A DNA stretch of 64,000 nt from Alphaproteobacteria bacterium (GCA_965225945.1 CBDDBZ010000038.1:96001-160000); one strand, 5' to 3'; shown: positions 11,466-22,899, counted from the first letter of the stretch. Translations and numbers: made by a program. The notes: generated from the letters alone by a model not told the origin.

Positions 11466-11930
11466 ATGAGTGAGAGAGCATCCGTGGCGCGGGCACTGGC
11501 GGTCATCGGGCTGTTGAGCCTTTGGGTGGCCGCGCCGGCGTATGGCGAGAAAAGCGCGATCGGCCGTATCAAGACGCTCGAGGGCGACGTCACCATCGAA
11601 CGCGGCGGACGCGCGTCGGACGCGAAGCTCGGCACCGAGGTTTTCGAGAAGGACATCGTCAAAACCGGAGAGAACGGCAAGACCGGGATCACCTTCCTCG
11701 ACCAGACCCGGCTCGCCATCGGACCGGAATCCGAGATCCAACTGAAGGATTACGAATTCACACCGGCCAAGAAGGAATATTCCTTCATCACCAAGATCAC
11801 CCGCGGCACGATGCTCTTCGTCTCCGGCCTGATCGCCAAGCTCTCGCCGAGTTCCGCCTTGGTGGAGACGCCGGGCGGCACCATCGGCGTGCGCGGCACG
11901 CGCTTCGTCGTCCGCGTCAAGGGGGACTGA
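11466..11930 (+). CDS. Secreted FecR-domain protein
   Basis: Signal peptide; VETPGGTIGVRGTRF motif. Confidence 0.85.
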   Translation: MSERASVARALAVIGLLSLWVAAPAYGEKSAIGRIKTLEGDVTIERGGRASDAKLGTEVFEKDIVKTGENGKTGITFLDQTRLAIGPESEIQLKDYEFTPAKKEYSFITKITRGTMLFVSGLIAKLSPSSALVETPGGTIGVRGTRFVVRVKGD

Positions 11931-11933
11931 GCG

Positions 11934-12554
11934 GTGTCCACATCCGAGCGTGGACTGGTGGTGGCCGCCGCGCTGCTGCTCTCCCTCGCCGCTTGCCAAA
12001 GCGTGCCGGAGAGCGTGCCGGCGAGCGTGGTGATCCTGCTGCCGGGCGAGGACGGCAGCGTCGGCGAGGTCGAGGTCGCCAACGCCCAGGGCTCCCAGGT
12101 CCTGGGCCAGGCGCACCAATCCTCGGCGCTGCGCGGGAAACGCGCGCCGGGCGAGGCCAAGGTGCTGAAACCCGAGGACGTGGAGCGTCATTTCGGCGAG
12201 ACGATCGCTGCGGTGCCGCCGCCGGCGATGACCTTCATCCTTTATTTCGAGCTCGACGGGGCGACGCTGACCGAGGAGTCGGCGGCGCTCCTGCCCAAGA
12301 TCCTGGCGGAGATTTCGCGCCGTCCGGTACCCGATGTCGACGCCGTCGGCCACACCGACCGCGCGGGCGACGAAAAATACAACGCCATCCTCGCCCAATG
12401 GCGGGCCGAGGAGGTCAGGGACAGGGTTGTCGCCATGGGGGTCGAGGCATCGCGGATCCGCGTCTCCAGCCACGGCGAGAACAACCCCCTGGTGGCGACC
12501 GAGGACGGCGTGAAGGAGCCGCGCAACCGGCGCGTCGAGGTGACCGTCCGATAA
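11934..12554 (+). CDS. OmpA-family lipoprotein
   Basis: Lipobox LAAC; VGHTDRAG..YN..L..RA and RNRRVEV. Confidence 0.9.
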   Translation: MSTSERGLVVAAALLLSLAACQSVPESVPASVVILLPGEDGSVGEVEVANAQGSQVLGQAHQSSALRGKRAPGEAKVLKPEDVERHFGETIAAVPPPAMTFILYFELDGATLTEESAALLPKILAEISRRPVPDVDAVGHTDRAGDEKYNAILAQWRAEEVRDRVVAMGVEASRIRVSSHGENNPLVATEDGVKEPRNRRVEVTVR

Positions 12555-12581
12555 TTCGCGCGTCGGGGGCGTCGAGCGCCG

Positions 12582-13202
12582 TCACGTGATCGGCAGCATC
12601 ACGTGGTCCTGGTAGGCGGGGCGCTCGCTCAGCCGCTGGTACCAGGCCCGCAGCCGGGGATAGTCGGGGTGCGCCACGTCGAGGCCGTACCAGCGGTAGG
12701 TTGCCGCGCCGACGGGAATGTCGGCGATGGTGAAGCGACCGCCCACCATATGGTCCCGCCCTTCCAGCCAGGCATCGACCAAGCCGAGGACGCGGGCCGT
12801 CTCTTTGGCGCCCCGCTCGATCGCGGCCATGTCGCGATCCTCGGGCGCGGTGCGGACCAGGCCCATGAAGACGGGGGTCATCGCCGGGATCAGCACCGTC
12901 TGCTGCCAGTCCATCCACTGATCGGCGAGCGCCCGGTCCATCACCGTATCCGGCAAAAGCGTGCCGGTGCCGTGCTTTTCGGCGAGATATCGGACGATCG
13001 CGTTGGATTCCCAGAGCACGAAACCGTCGTCGTCGATCACCGGGACGCGGCCGTTGGGGTTCATCGCCAGGTACCAGTCCTGGTCGTTCTGGCCGAATTC
13101 ACCGCCGGCGAGCGCGTGCTCGTGCTCCAGCCCCAGCTCGGCGATCGTCCACATCGCCTTCTGCACGTTGACCGAATTTGGCCGTCCCCAAATTTTCAAC
13201 AT
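12582..13202 (-). CDS. Glutathione S-transferase (GstB-like)
   Basis: MLKIWGRPNSVNVQK, NPNGRVPVI, LWESNAIVRYLA. Confidence 0.93.
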   Translation of the reverse strand: MLKIWGRPNSVNVQKAMWTIAELGLEHEHALAGGEFGQNDQDWYLAMNPNGRVPVIDDDGFVLWESNAIVRYLAEKHGTGTLLPDTVMDRALADQWMDWQQTVLIPAMTPVFMGLVRTAPEDRDMAAIERGAKETARVLGLVDAWLEGRDHMVGGRFTIADIPVGAATYRWYGLDVAHPDYPRLRAWYQRLSERPAYQDHVMLPIT

Positions 13203-13345
13203 CGACCAGCGTCCCTTCCCAATTCCGCGCGCCCGATTGGCCAGCGCGCCGAGGTGTTCATTTCACCACGTTGCCACTATGACATCCAGGTGCGCCGGGC
13301 GGCAGGCGCGCCGGGCGGGAGACGGCGGCTGGCCGGGATCGAGGG

Positions 13346-14488
13346 GTGATGCGGCTCAGGCTCTCGGCATTCTATGCGGCGATGTTCGCCTTCGTCGGCG
13401 TGCAGCTACCGTTCTGGCCGGTCTGGCTGCAGGGGCGCGGGCTCGATGCAGGCGAGATCGGCCTGGTTCTCGGCACCGTGCTGTGCTGCAAGGTGCTGGT
13501 CAACCCGCTGATCGCCGCCACCGCCGACCGCTTGCGCGCCCGGCGTGGCGCCATGGTGGTGCTGGCGCTCGCGGCACTGGCCGCCCATGGCGCGCTTTAC
13601 CTTTCGGAAGGTTTCTGGAGCCTGCTGGCGCTCGCCGTCTTGGGCGGCGTCGCCTTCGCCGCGATCCTGCCCTTGGGCGAGGCGATCGGCCTCGCCGTGG
13701 TCTACGCCCGGGATCTCGATTATGGTCGCCTCAGGCTCTGGGGCTCGCTCGCCTTCATCGCCGCCGCCGTGGGCCTCGGCCATGTTTTGGCCGAAGGTGG
13801 CGAGAATTTGATCCTGGGGGCGATGGTGGGGCTGCTGGCCCTCGTCGTCGTCGCCGCCCGGGCGATGCCCGAGGGCAGCGGCGCCGAGGGCGCGCCGGCG
13901 GCTCCGGGGGCGATCCGCGCCCTCCTCGCCAAGCCGATCTTCTGGCTCTTCCTCGCCACCGCCGGCCTCAACCATGCGAGCCACGCCGTGCTCTACGGTT
14001 TCGCCACGCTGCATTGGCGCCAGGCGGGAATCGCCGAGGGGACGATCGGCTGGCTCTGGGCCGAGGGAGTGGTGGCCGAGATTCTACTGTTCAGCCTCTC
14101 CAACCGGATCCTCGCCCGGCTCGGCGTCGCCAACCTGCTGCTGCTCGCCGCCGCCGCCTCGGCGGTGCGCTGGGCGGCACTTGCCGTCACCACCGATCTC
14201 GCGGCCCTGGTGGCGATCCAGGCCTTGCACGGCCTCTCCTTCGGCGCGGCGCACCTGGGCGCGATGCACTTCATCGCCCGGGCGATCCCGGCCAACCTGA
14301 CGGCGACGGCGCAGAGCCTGAATACCGCGATCGCCGGCGGCGTGATCATGGCCGGCGGCATCGCCGGCGCGGGCTGGCTCTATGGCGCCTTCGGGGGCCG
14401 CGCCTTCCTCGCCATGACCGGCCTGGCCATGGTCTCGGGCCTGCTGGCGCTCTGGCTCGGCCGGCGCTGGCGCGACCAGCGGATTTAG
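13346..14488 (+). CDS. MFS transporter (HcaT-like)
   Basis: ~12 hydrophobic segments; LPFWPVWL, DYGRLRLWGS, QALHGLSFGAAHLGAM. Confidence 0.88.
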   Translation: MMRLRLSAFYAAMFAFVGVQLPFWPVWLQGRGLDAGEIGLVLGTVLCCKVLVNPLIAATADRLRARRGAMVVLALAALAAHGALYLSEGFWSLLALAVLGGVAFAAILPLGEAIGLAVVYARDLDYGRLRLWGSLAFIAAAVGLGHVLAEGGENLILGAMVGLLALVVVAARAMPEGSGAEGAPAAPGAIRALLAKPIFWLFLATAGLNHASHAVLYGFATLHWRQAGIAEGTIGWLWAEGVVAEILLFSLSNRILARLGVANLLLLAAAASAVRWAALAVTTDLAALVAIQALHGLSFGAAHLGAMHFIARAIPANLTATAQSLNTAIAGGVIMAGGIAGAGWLYGAFGGRAFLAMTGLAMVSGLLALWLGRRWRDQRI

Positions 14489-14616
14489 AGCCCTCTTGGA
14501 GGGAACGCAACGGCGATCGGCCGGAATCAGGGCAATGCCTTGCGAATGGCCCGTGGCGTTGATTGCCCATACAATTAATCTTGGACCCATATCCGCCTGT
14601 TGGAAGGATGGAAGCA

Positions 14617-15459
14617 ATGGTGACGATCGACGCTCAAGTCCACGCCTACGAACGGGATCACCCGGGCCGGCCATGGGCCGGGGTTCTCGCGGGCCCCCCG
14701 GAGGTAACGGGCGACGACATGGTCGCGGCGATGGACGCTGTTGGTGTCGACGGTGCTTTGCTGGTCTCGGCCTTTACCATGTACCGATACGACGCCAGCT
14801 ATGCGGTTAGTGTACGTGCCGCGCATCCTGGCCGCTTCGCATTGATCAAGCCGGTCGACCCGAGCGATCCCCGGGTGGCGGAAACGATCGCGGACTGGGC
14901 GGCGACGAAAGGCGCGGTCGCGATCCGTCTCATGATGACCCGGGGGCTTTCGAGCGATCCCGATGATCCCGGGATCAACCGGGTTCTCGCCACCGCCGCC
15001 CGCCACTCGCTGCCGGTCAATCTCATGTGTTCGGGTCGCCTGGAACAGGCCGCGAAGCTCGCCGCCGGGAACCCCGAGACGATGTTGGTGATCGATCACC
15101 TGGGCCTCCAACAGCCGTTTGAGCCGCCGGCCCCGCCGGAGCCGTTCGCCGACCTCCCCAAGCTCCTCGATTTGGCAACATACGAAAACATCGCGGTGAA
15201 AATTTCCGGCGCCTGCACCCTTTCCCACGAACCGTTCCCTTACGACGACATTTGGGATCCGCTGGGCCGCGTCTTCGAGGAATTCGGCTTCGATCGCTGC
15301 ATGTGGGGCACCGACTGGACCCGGGCGGTCAATCTCTTGACCTATGATCAGGGGGTGGAGCCATTCCGCCGCACCGACCGCCTGTCGGATGGCGAGCGCG
15401 CGGATCTGATGGGCCGGACCCTGCGGCGAATATACGACTGGTCGCCCTCGCAGAGGTGA
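14617..15459 (+). CDS. Amidohydrolase_2 family protein
   Basis: IDAQVH, IDHLG, VKISG, MWGTDW; start chosen at ATG 14617. Confidence 0.85.
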   Translation: MVTIDAQVHAYERDHPGRPWAGVLAGPPEVTGDDMVAAMDAVGVDGALLVSAFTMYRYDASYAVSVRAAHPGRFALIKPVDPSDPRVAETIADWAATKGAVAIRLMMTRGLSSDPDDPGINRVLATAARHSLPVNLMCSGRLEQAAKLAAGNPETMLVIDHLGLQQPFEPPAPPEPFADLPKLLDLATYENIAVKISGACTLSHEPFPYDDIWDPLGRVFEEFGFDRCMWGTDWTRAVNLLTYDQGVEPFRRTDRLSDGERADLMGRTLRRIYDWSPSQR

Positions 15460-16342
15460 TCAGTGAAAAGGATCACCGGTCCCACTGGTTAAATGTCTCT
15501 AATATTACAGAGACCTCTGAAGGCCTTCAGCACGCCGCCAGGGCGATTTGCGACTTTCGGCCCGCGACGGCAAAAGTCGAGGGGAAAGTCCCCGTCGGGC
15601 CGAGGGAGCTGGATTGCGGCGAGGAGAGGCGGTCTATGGCCAAGCCGGGCTCGAGGATTGTTTAATGCATTGACGGATCTCGGCTGGTCGAGGTCGCTAT
15701 TCCCGCCGCCCGCCAGTTTCGCTAGACTTCATGCAAGTCCGAGAAAACAGAACGCAGACTGGCGACGATCGGGGGTCGGGCTGCCGATGTTGGTCGGCTA
15801 TCTAGGCAAGGGCATCAAGAACTCGCTTCGCCGTTGGCACGACGACGTTCGATTGCCCAAGGACATCGCGTGAATTCGGGCTCGTGACGCCACGGTGAAG
15901 GCCGCGGAAATGGCATGAACGACATTGAAGATTACGCCCTGCCTTTCGGACGGCACCTCGCTCGATCACGAACGCCGAGCGCTCCACGGCAGCATGCGAA
16001 CGTGAGGGCACGGAACCTGCGCCATGGAGCTCGTGGCTACTATATCGGCGCGACGATCTTCGAAGCCGATTTCACAGCCTACCCGAGCCCACATGCGCCT
16101 CTGGTCGAACTCAATCGCAGGGAGCGCTGCCTGGATTCACGATCAGGACCTCTGAAGGCCTTCAGCACGCCGCCAGGGCGATCTGCGAGCGCCAGGCTCG
16201 AGGGGAAAGTCCCCTCGGGCCGAGGGAGCTGGATAGGCGGTCTATGGCAAGCCGGGCTCGAGGTCGTTTAATGCATTGACGGTCGCTGGTCGACGCTATT
16301 CCCGCCGCCCGCCAGTTTCGCTAGGTCCCTATCTGGTTAAAG

Positions 16343-17075
16343 CATGGGCTCCGAATGTTCTTGATATGTTCTCCGAGGCTGAATCGGCGCGACTATTCGA
16401 TGCGGGATATTGGGTTCCCGAACGCCATGGATTGGAGGCGCTGGCTCGGCTGCGCTGGCCGCACGGCTACCTGCGCGCGTTGCGGCGAGGCGGAACTACC
16501 GGCGGCCCGGGTCTTCGAATGCGCCGGCTGCGGCCATCAGGAATCTGACCGCGCGGTCTTCCACCGCACCCGCACACCGCGCAAATGGTTCCTGGCGGCG
16601 TGGTGGATGGGGCGCGACAAGCGCGACGTCTCGACGCTGTTTCGTCGCGAGGTTGAGCCTCATGCCCCGCTGACATCCGCTGCGGCATTCTCGGAGCGCC
16701 CGGAGTTGCCGTGAACGCCGGCCGAAGAACTTTCCGCGAGCCGGCTTGCGGCCGAGAATGGAATTGGTGCGGTCAAGGCGAGCTCGGCCCTCGCGGTATC
16801 CGATGCCAGACACTGAGTTGGGCGAGTGCCGGCTGGTCCGTGGCGTTCGAGATCGCTGGAGGCGGGCATCGATGCCGTTGCCCGCGCGGCTCATGCCCGC
16901 CAAACGTGAAGACGTGGCCAACTCCACCGCGATGACAAGATTTCGTACGTCCGGGAGCCGGTGGAACTACCGCCGCAAACGCCCGCCGTGGTTTCGTGTT
17001 GCCACCGGTGACCCGAGTCGGATGCCGCGCGGCAATCGCTTCGGGATCCGCTGCCAGCTAGGAGTCGCTGAGTTT
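16343..17075 (+). pseudogene. Degenerate or noisy IS1595-family transposase
   Basis: Fragments across frames: LRWPHG..CARCG, FECAGCGHQES, FHRTRTP.RKWFLAAWWM..DKR; many indels; boundaries approximate. Confidence 0.6.
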
Positions 17076-17132
17076 TGGGAGGACCGAGAAAACAGGGAGG
17101 CTGTCATGCCGATGAAATCTAGGCAAGTTTAC

Positions 17133-19092
17133 TGAGTCGGACCTTGATTTCCTTATCACCCACAGAATAGTGGCATTTTTAATCGAAGTGTCCAAGCGGA
17201 GGACCGGAACATGACCGGACAATTTTGAGCCTTTTACAAAGTTAGCTGGTTGATGGGCCTGTGACCGTACTTCATTGAAATTTATCTGAAATCGAGGTGA
17301 ACGCGAGCTTGGCTCAGAGCCACGTTTTCGAGTGCCCGGGCCACAAATAGTTTCGACCGGTTTTCAAGTTCGCCAATACGCTAAACGGACTTGAGGCGTT
17401 CAGCGGTGGACGGTGACGCGCAAGCGTGAGGTTGCCCTGCAGGCTTTCGCGTGGACGAGCCGGTCAATCGGAACTTTTGTCAGCAGCGGCAGTCTGGGCG
17501 TGGTTTCTTCGATTTTCCGGCTCGAGCAGTGGCGTGAGAAGGCGATCGCCGGGATCGATGCCTCGCTCAAGGAACGCAAGGGCGATCCGGTTAAAGGCGG
17601 ATGGGCTGGATGTTCTTGCCATCCATAGAGGTGTAAGCGGCTGGAGCTTTTGGAGGACTATCGGGGAGTTGATCATGCAGGTGGAACTGCTGGAGGCGCA
17701 AGACGGAGCGCGTCCGGCCCTCTTGGGGCGGCGGAGGTCGCGGCGATGAGTGCCGCCACGGGTCTTCCCGGCACGGAATCGTTTGGCCTACGGTCTTCCA
17801 CCGCACCGTTGCCAGCGGGTCTGATGCGGCCTGGGGTTTTGCCCGTTCCTCGTTCTACGCCATGCCCAAATCCCGGCAGCAGGCCACGCGCTGAGCGTCC
17901 CACCAGCAAAGGCGCCGGGGACCGAAGCCCTCGATCTCGGACGAGGCTCTGCTGGTGGCCAATCGAGGCCGACCTGTTGGGAGGCATCCCCCTGGGAGGG
18001 CGAGGGACACCGCAAGGTCTGGAGCTCGGCTTCGCCGCCGGCGCCGCGGGCTCTGTCGTGGCATCCGTGTTTCCCGCAAGCGGGTGCTCCGGGTGATGCG
18101 CGAGAACAACCTGCGATACTCGCCCCATCGCTGCCGCCGCCGTGGCGGAAATCCCCATGCAAACGCATCTTCGACCTTGGTCGAGATGCATCACCCATGC
18201 CCCCAACCATCATGTACAGGGGGTCGACGGATCGGCGTTCGGGTGTTCACGGATAGGGACGACATATAGTGGGCTGGGGCTGGATATTCACCGCCATCGA
18301 TCGCAATTCGGGCTCGACGCCGAAGTGCGTCGGCTGGCATGAACGACATTGCAATTTCCTGCCTTTTGGACGGCGACCTCGCTTCGATCACGGCGCCTTC
18401 ACGGCATCTCGCGATGAGGGCATGTGCGCCATGGGCTCGTATGCCTATATCGCCTCGAAAGGCACGCTGCGAGCCCGCATGCGGCTGGCTCTTGACTGGA
18501 TTCACGATCAGGCTCAACGACAGCATGCGAAAATCTGAGCGCCAGGACCCAAGTCCTTCACCGCGCCTCGATCACCAGGTCTGCGACGGCGACGCCGTTT
18601 CGAGGCCATGGCCGATTGACCTAACGCGCCTGCTGGTCCCGACATTGGAGCGCCGGGGCGCGACGGCCCTGGCGGCCGAGCTCCGGCGCCGGTCTCGAGC
18701 GCCGCTCGGAGAACTCGCGCTCGGCTCCGCGATCTCGGCAACACCGACGTCGACGTGCGTCGCGGGAACCTCATGCCCCGCGACATCCGCTGGGCATTCT
18801 CGAATGCCGTGAACGCCTCCGAAGAACTCCGCGACGGCTTGCGGCCGAAATGGAATTGGTGCGGTGGCGAGCTCGCCCTCAAGGAACAGATCATCCATGG
18901 CCGCATCTACCGCAACATCGCGGAGCTGCGGAACGCCGTCCGCGGGTTCGTCGAACAGTACAATGCCCAGTGGATCGTGGAGAAGAACGGCTACCTGAGC
19001 CCCGCTCAAGCTCGTCAGGCGTGGCACACCGCGATGTCACTCAGGCCCGCCGCATGAGACAAACTTGTGTCCAAGGAACCGGGTGCGATACA
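17133..19092 (+). mobile_element. IS3-like element, garbled copy of 48739-50158
   Basis: Left end tgagtcggacc; the last ~210 bp match the intact copy; the middle is full of indels and foreign sequence. Confidence 0.8.
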
Positions 19093-19302
19093 GCTGAAAG
19101 CGTTTACAAAGTGATCGATATCGTAGGCTCCAGCCCGGAGTCCTGGGATAAGGCGGCGGCTGTCGCAATCGAGCGCGCGAGCCGGACTTTGCGTGACTTG
19201 CGGGTTGCGGAAGTCATCAAGCAGGACGTGCATATCGAGGATGGCAAGATCGTCGCCTATCGCGTGCGGCTGAACGTATCGTTCAGATTCGAAGACGAGT
19301 AG
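19093..19302 (+). pseudogene. Dodecin family gene separated from its start by the IS3-like insertion
   Basis: AESVYKVIDIVGSSPESWDKAA...YRVRLNVSFRFE begins right after the IS end; probable RBS+ATG at ~17094-17108. Confidence 0.85.
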
Positions 19303-19512
19303 TGGAGCTGGCGGCGCGGCCGGCATGGCGGCTTTCGGGGGTAGACTCCCCGTCCGGCCGAGTTGGCCGATACGGTGATTCCTAGCCAAAGAACGAAACC
19401 GCTTTCAGCGGTAGTTCGTGGTGCCGGGCGGTGAGGTCGGTGGCGTAACGGATGGGTCGATCCTGTGTTGAGGTTTGGAGTTCCGAAGCTCACGCAACAC
19501 GGGAGCAGACCC

Positions 19513-20412
19513 ATGACCGATAGTGACAAGACCATCAGCCCGCTGCGCCAGCGCATGATCGACGACATGGTGCTTCGCGGCTTCAGTGCCAACACGCAGC
19601 GCGGCTACATCAGTGCGGTGGCCGGCTTTTCCGACTTTCTCGCACGCTCTCCGGATCGGGCGGAGGCGGAGGATCTCAGGCGCTATCAAGTGCATATGCG
19701 CAAAGCAGGCGCATCGGCGACGACGATGAACGCGGCGGTCTCGGCATTGCGGTTCTTCTTCGGCGTCACGCTCGGCCGAGGCGACGCCGAGATCGGCATG
19801 ACGACGGTGGCAATGCCGCGCAAGCTGCCGGTGATCCTGAGCGTCGAGGAAATGGCGCGGCTTCTCGATGCCGCCCCCGGTCCCAAATACAAGGCGGCCT
19901 TTTCGCTGGCCTATGGCGCCGGCCTGCGCGCTTCGGAGGTGGTCCATCTCAAGGTCCCGGACATCGACAGCAACCGCAAGACGCTTCGCATCGAGCAAGG
20001 TAAGGGCCGCCGAGATCGCTACGCCATGCTCTCGGATCGCGCCGTCGAGCAGCTCAGGGTCTGGTGGTTGCTTGGCCGCGCCCGCGGCGTGATGCTGCCC
20101 GGCGGTTGGCTGTTTCCAGGCCAGAACCCGGTCAACCCGTTGACCACCCGCCAGCTCCGTCGCGCCCTCGATGGCGCCAAGGCGGGGGCGGGGATCGAGA
20201 AGCGGATCTCGCTTCACACGCTGCGCCACTGCTTCGCCACCCATCTCCTCGAACAGGGCGTCGACATCCGCGTGATCCAGGTTCTACTGGGGCACAAGAA
20301 GCTGGAGACCACGGCTCACTACACCCAGGTCGCCAGCACCACCTTGCGGCGCGCCAAGAGCCCACTGGACCTGCTCGAGCCGCCGACGCCCAAGACCAAG
20401 CCGCCGAAGTGA
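19513..20412 (+). CDS. Tyrosine recombinase/integrase of the IS91-like element
   Basis: GLRASEV, HTLRHCFATHLLE, LLGH, TTAHY catalytic residues. Confidence 0.93.
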   Translation: MTDSDKTISPLRQRMIDDMVLRGFSANTQRGYISAVAGFSDFLARSPDRAEAEDLRRYQVHMRKAGASATTMNAAVSALRFFFGVTLGRGDAEIGMTTVAMPRKLPVILSVEEMARLLDAAPGPKYKAAFSLAYGAGLRASEVVHLKVPDIDSNRKTLRIEQGKGRRDRYAMLSDRAVEQLRVWWLLGRARGVMLPGGWLFPGQNPVNPLTTRQLRRALDGAKAGAGIEKRISLHTLRHCFATHLLEQGVDIRVIQVLLGHKKLETTAHYTQVASTTLRRAKSPLDLLEPPTPKTKPPK

Positions 20413-20425
20413 GCCGGCGGCCTCG

Positions 20426-21640
20426 GTGCCGCGTCCCGCGCTCGAGGTCCAGGACATCTTCCGCGACCACGGGCCCGGCTTCCGTCGGGCCCGGGCCGGT
20501 CGTCTGAGCCTCGGCCAACTGAAGGTCATGTCGGCGATCGAGTGTTGCCGCACCGCCGCGCTCGGCGGTCATGTCGCGGCCTGCGAGGACTGCGGGCAGA
20601 ACCACATCGCCTACAATTCCTGTCGCAACCGCCATTGTCCCAAATGCCAAGGCCAGGTCGCGCGCGAATGGCTGGCGGCGCGAGAGGCCGAACTGCTCTC
20701 CGTCCCCTACTACCATCTCGTCTTCACCCTGCCAGCGGCGATCGCCGACATCGCCTATCAGAACAAGTCGGTGATCTACGATATCCTGTTCAAGGCGAGC
20801 GCCGAGACCATGCTCACCATCGCCGCCGATCCCAAGCATCTCGGCGCCAAGATCGGCATCACCGCCGTGCTCCACACCTGGGGCTCGGCCATGACCCACC
20901 ATCCCCACATCCACATGATCGTGCCGGGTGGCGGAATCTCACCTGACGGTAGCAGTTGGATCTCTTGCCGGCCCGGCTTCTTCCTGCCCGTCCGCGTGCT
21001 CTCGCGCCTCTTCCGCCGCCTCTTCATCGAGAAGCTCCTCGCCGCCCACGAGGCAGGGCGCCTGAAGTTCTTCACCGACCACACCAGCCTCGCCGAGCCG
21101 GCGGCCTTCCGTGTCTTCCTCGCACCGATGCGCAAACAAGAATGGGTCGTCTACGCCAAGCCGCCCTTCGGCGGACCAGAGGCCGTGCTCGCCTATCTCT
21201 CCCGCTACACCCACCGTGTCGCCATCTCGAACAGCCGCCTGGTCAGCTGCGACAGCCAAGGCGTCATCTTCAAGTACAAGGACTACCGGCGCAAAGGACG
21301 CGAGCGCTACAAGACCTTGCCCCTGGCCGTGCCCGAGTTCATCCGCCGCTTCCTCCTCCATGTCCTGCCCTCGGGCTTTCACCGCATCCGCCATTACGGC
21401 CTCTTCGCCAACGGCGGTCGCACCCGCAACATCTCCCTTGCCCGCGAACTGCTTGCCATGCCGGCACCGGAGAGTGAGGCCGACGATGCCGCGAGTGACG
21501 ATGATACCGAACCGCCGTCCCTCTCAGAGCCCTGCCCGCAGTGCGGCGGCCGTATGATCGTCATCGAGCGCTTCGAGGCCGGCGCCCAACCACGCGCCCC
21601 GCCCCGTGCACGGCCCCTGGCCAGGGCCACGGCAGCATGA
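20426..21640 (+). CDS. IS91-family transposase (Zn-binding + Y2 domain)
   Basis: SCRNRHCPKCQ, HUH motif HPHIH, YLSRYTHR, RIRHYG. Confidence 0.93.
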   Translation: MPRPALEVQDIFRDHGPGFRRARAGRLSLGQLKVMSAIECCRTAALGGHVAACEDCGQNHIAYNSCRNRHCPKCQGQVAREWLAAREAELLSVPYYHLVFTLPAAIADIAYQNKSVIYDILFKASAETMLTIAADPKHLGAKIGITAVLHTWGSAMTHHPHIHMIVPGGGISPDGSSWISCRPGFFLPVRVLSRLFRRLFIEKLLAAHEAGRLKFFTDHTSLAEPAAFRVFLAPMRKQEWVVYAKPPFGGPEAVLAYLSRYTHRVAISNSRLVSCDSQGVIFKYKDYRRKGRERYKTLPLAVPEFIRRFLLHVLPSGFHRIRHYGLFANGGRTRNISLARELLAMPAPESEADDAASDDDTEPPSLSEPCPQCGGRMIVIERFEAGAQPRAPPRARPLARATAA

Positions 21641-22590
21641 CCGACACCGCTTCGAATAACGCTATTGCCGCCGCTCACCCGCGGCCACGATCCCGCTCGC
21701 CGCAACACCATCGAGCGCGCAGGGAACCACCTGCGAGACCCGCCGGCATCGACCCGAAGTCGCCATCAAACCACCCTGCCGGTGTCGTCGCCAATCAGAT
21801 CCGAGCCATCCAGCAGCGCCGGCCACCCGAGAAAGCTGGCCCGCCGCTCGCAAATCCCCATAGACCGAGCGTGCCGCACCGCCGAGCCTAGTCCTGCCCG
21901 CGGTTTCCTCCCTTAAGCGTTGTCCGACACCTGCCGATCCAGTCCGCCGGATGCAACCCCTGCGCCTCGGCAGGTGTCCGACAACGCTTACCCGAGAAAG
22001 CTGGGCGAAGGAGCCGCTCGCAAATCCCCATAGACCGAGCGTGCCGCAAAGCCTAGTCCTTGCCTAGCCGGGTTCCTCCCTTAAGCGTTGGTCCGACACC
22101 TGCGCGATCCCGGTTGCGCCTCGGCAGGTGTCGCGAAAGCTTCACCCGCGGCCCGATCCCGCTCGCCGCAATCCGGTTATCACACACCATCAAACACCCA
22201 GCCGGTCGTCGTGTCGCCAATCAGATCCGAGCCTCCATATCGCAAATAGTGTAGTCCACCCGATTTCGGGGTCCTGAGTGTCCGAAAGCTTCGGTGCAGG
22301 TCGATGCACCCATTTTCCTGAGTAAGCGCCGATCAAGGCCAGAACCCAGTCGAAGACCGCCGCGTGGACTTCATGGGGCAGGCGCGCGCGGGTCTTCGGA
22401 GATATCTCCGGCGATGCCGAGCAGGGACTCGGACGGCATTGTAGCGCCTTTTAGGCGACACTTTAGCGTGGTGGAAATCCTAATCATTGAGTCGGATTTG
22501 GCAAAACGCCACGTTGCATAAAGGACCGTCACTTCATTGAAATTTATCTGAAATCGGAGGTGAACGACACCGATGGAATATTCCAGGAAA

Positions 22591-22899
22591 TCAGAGCTTC
22601 ATTGAATTGTAGGATTCGAGTGCCGGATTATTCACAAATAGCTCTGTGAACTGGTTTTCAAGTTCGCTCAATACGTCATATGAAGTAAACGGATTGAGGA
22701 TCACGTTCTTGCGTGTCGCTTCGTCTTCGCTGCGACTCAAAACGCGCAGGAGACTAACAGGCGCGGACGGGTTCTTCGCAACGATTCGTGCCAGCGCGTC
22801 GCTTTCTTCGACTAGTGCCGTCAATCGCTCAGACGATGTCGTTTCATCAGCAGCTTCCCGTCTGGCCGTGGGTTTCTTCGTTTTTCCCTTGGTCGCCAC
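22591..22899 (-). CDS. Small leucine-rich-repeat-variant (LRV/HEAT-like) protein, copy A
   Basis: VAKNPSAPVSLLRVLS / VILNPFTSYDVLSEL repeats; RBS GGGGA. Confidence 0.65.
   Translation of the reverse strand: MATKGKTKKPTARREAADETTSSERLTALVEESDALARIVAKNPSAPVSLLRVLSRSEDEATRKNVILNPFTSYDVLSELENQFTELFVNNPALESYNSMKL

Larger units (their letters stand above)
19387..21990 (+). mobile_element. Two-gene IS91-like element (tyrosine recombinase + HUH/Y2 transposase), copy 1
   Basis: Boundaries from identity with 27721-31362; long terminal hairpin at the right end; no terminal inverted repeats. Confidence 0.9.
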
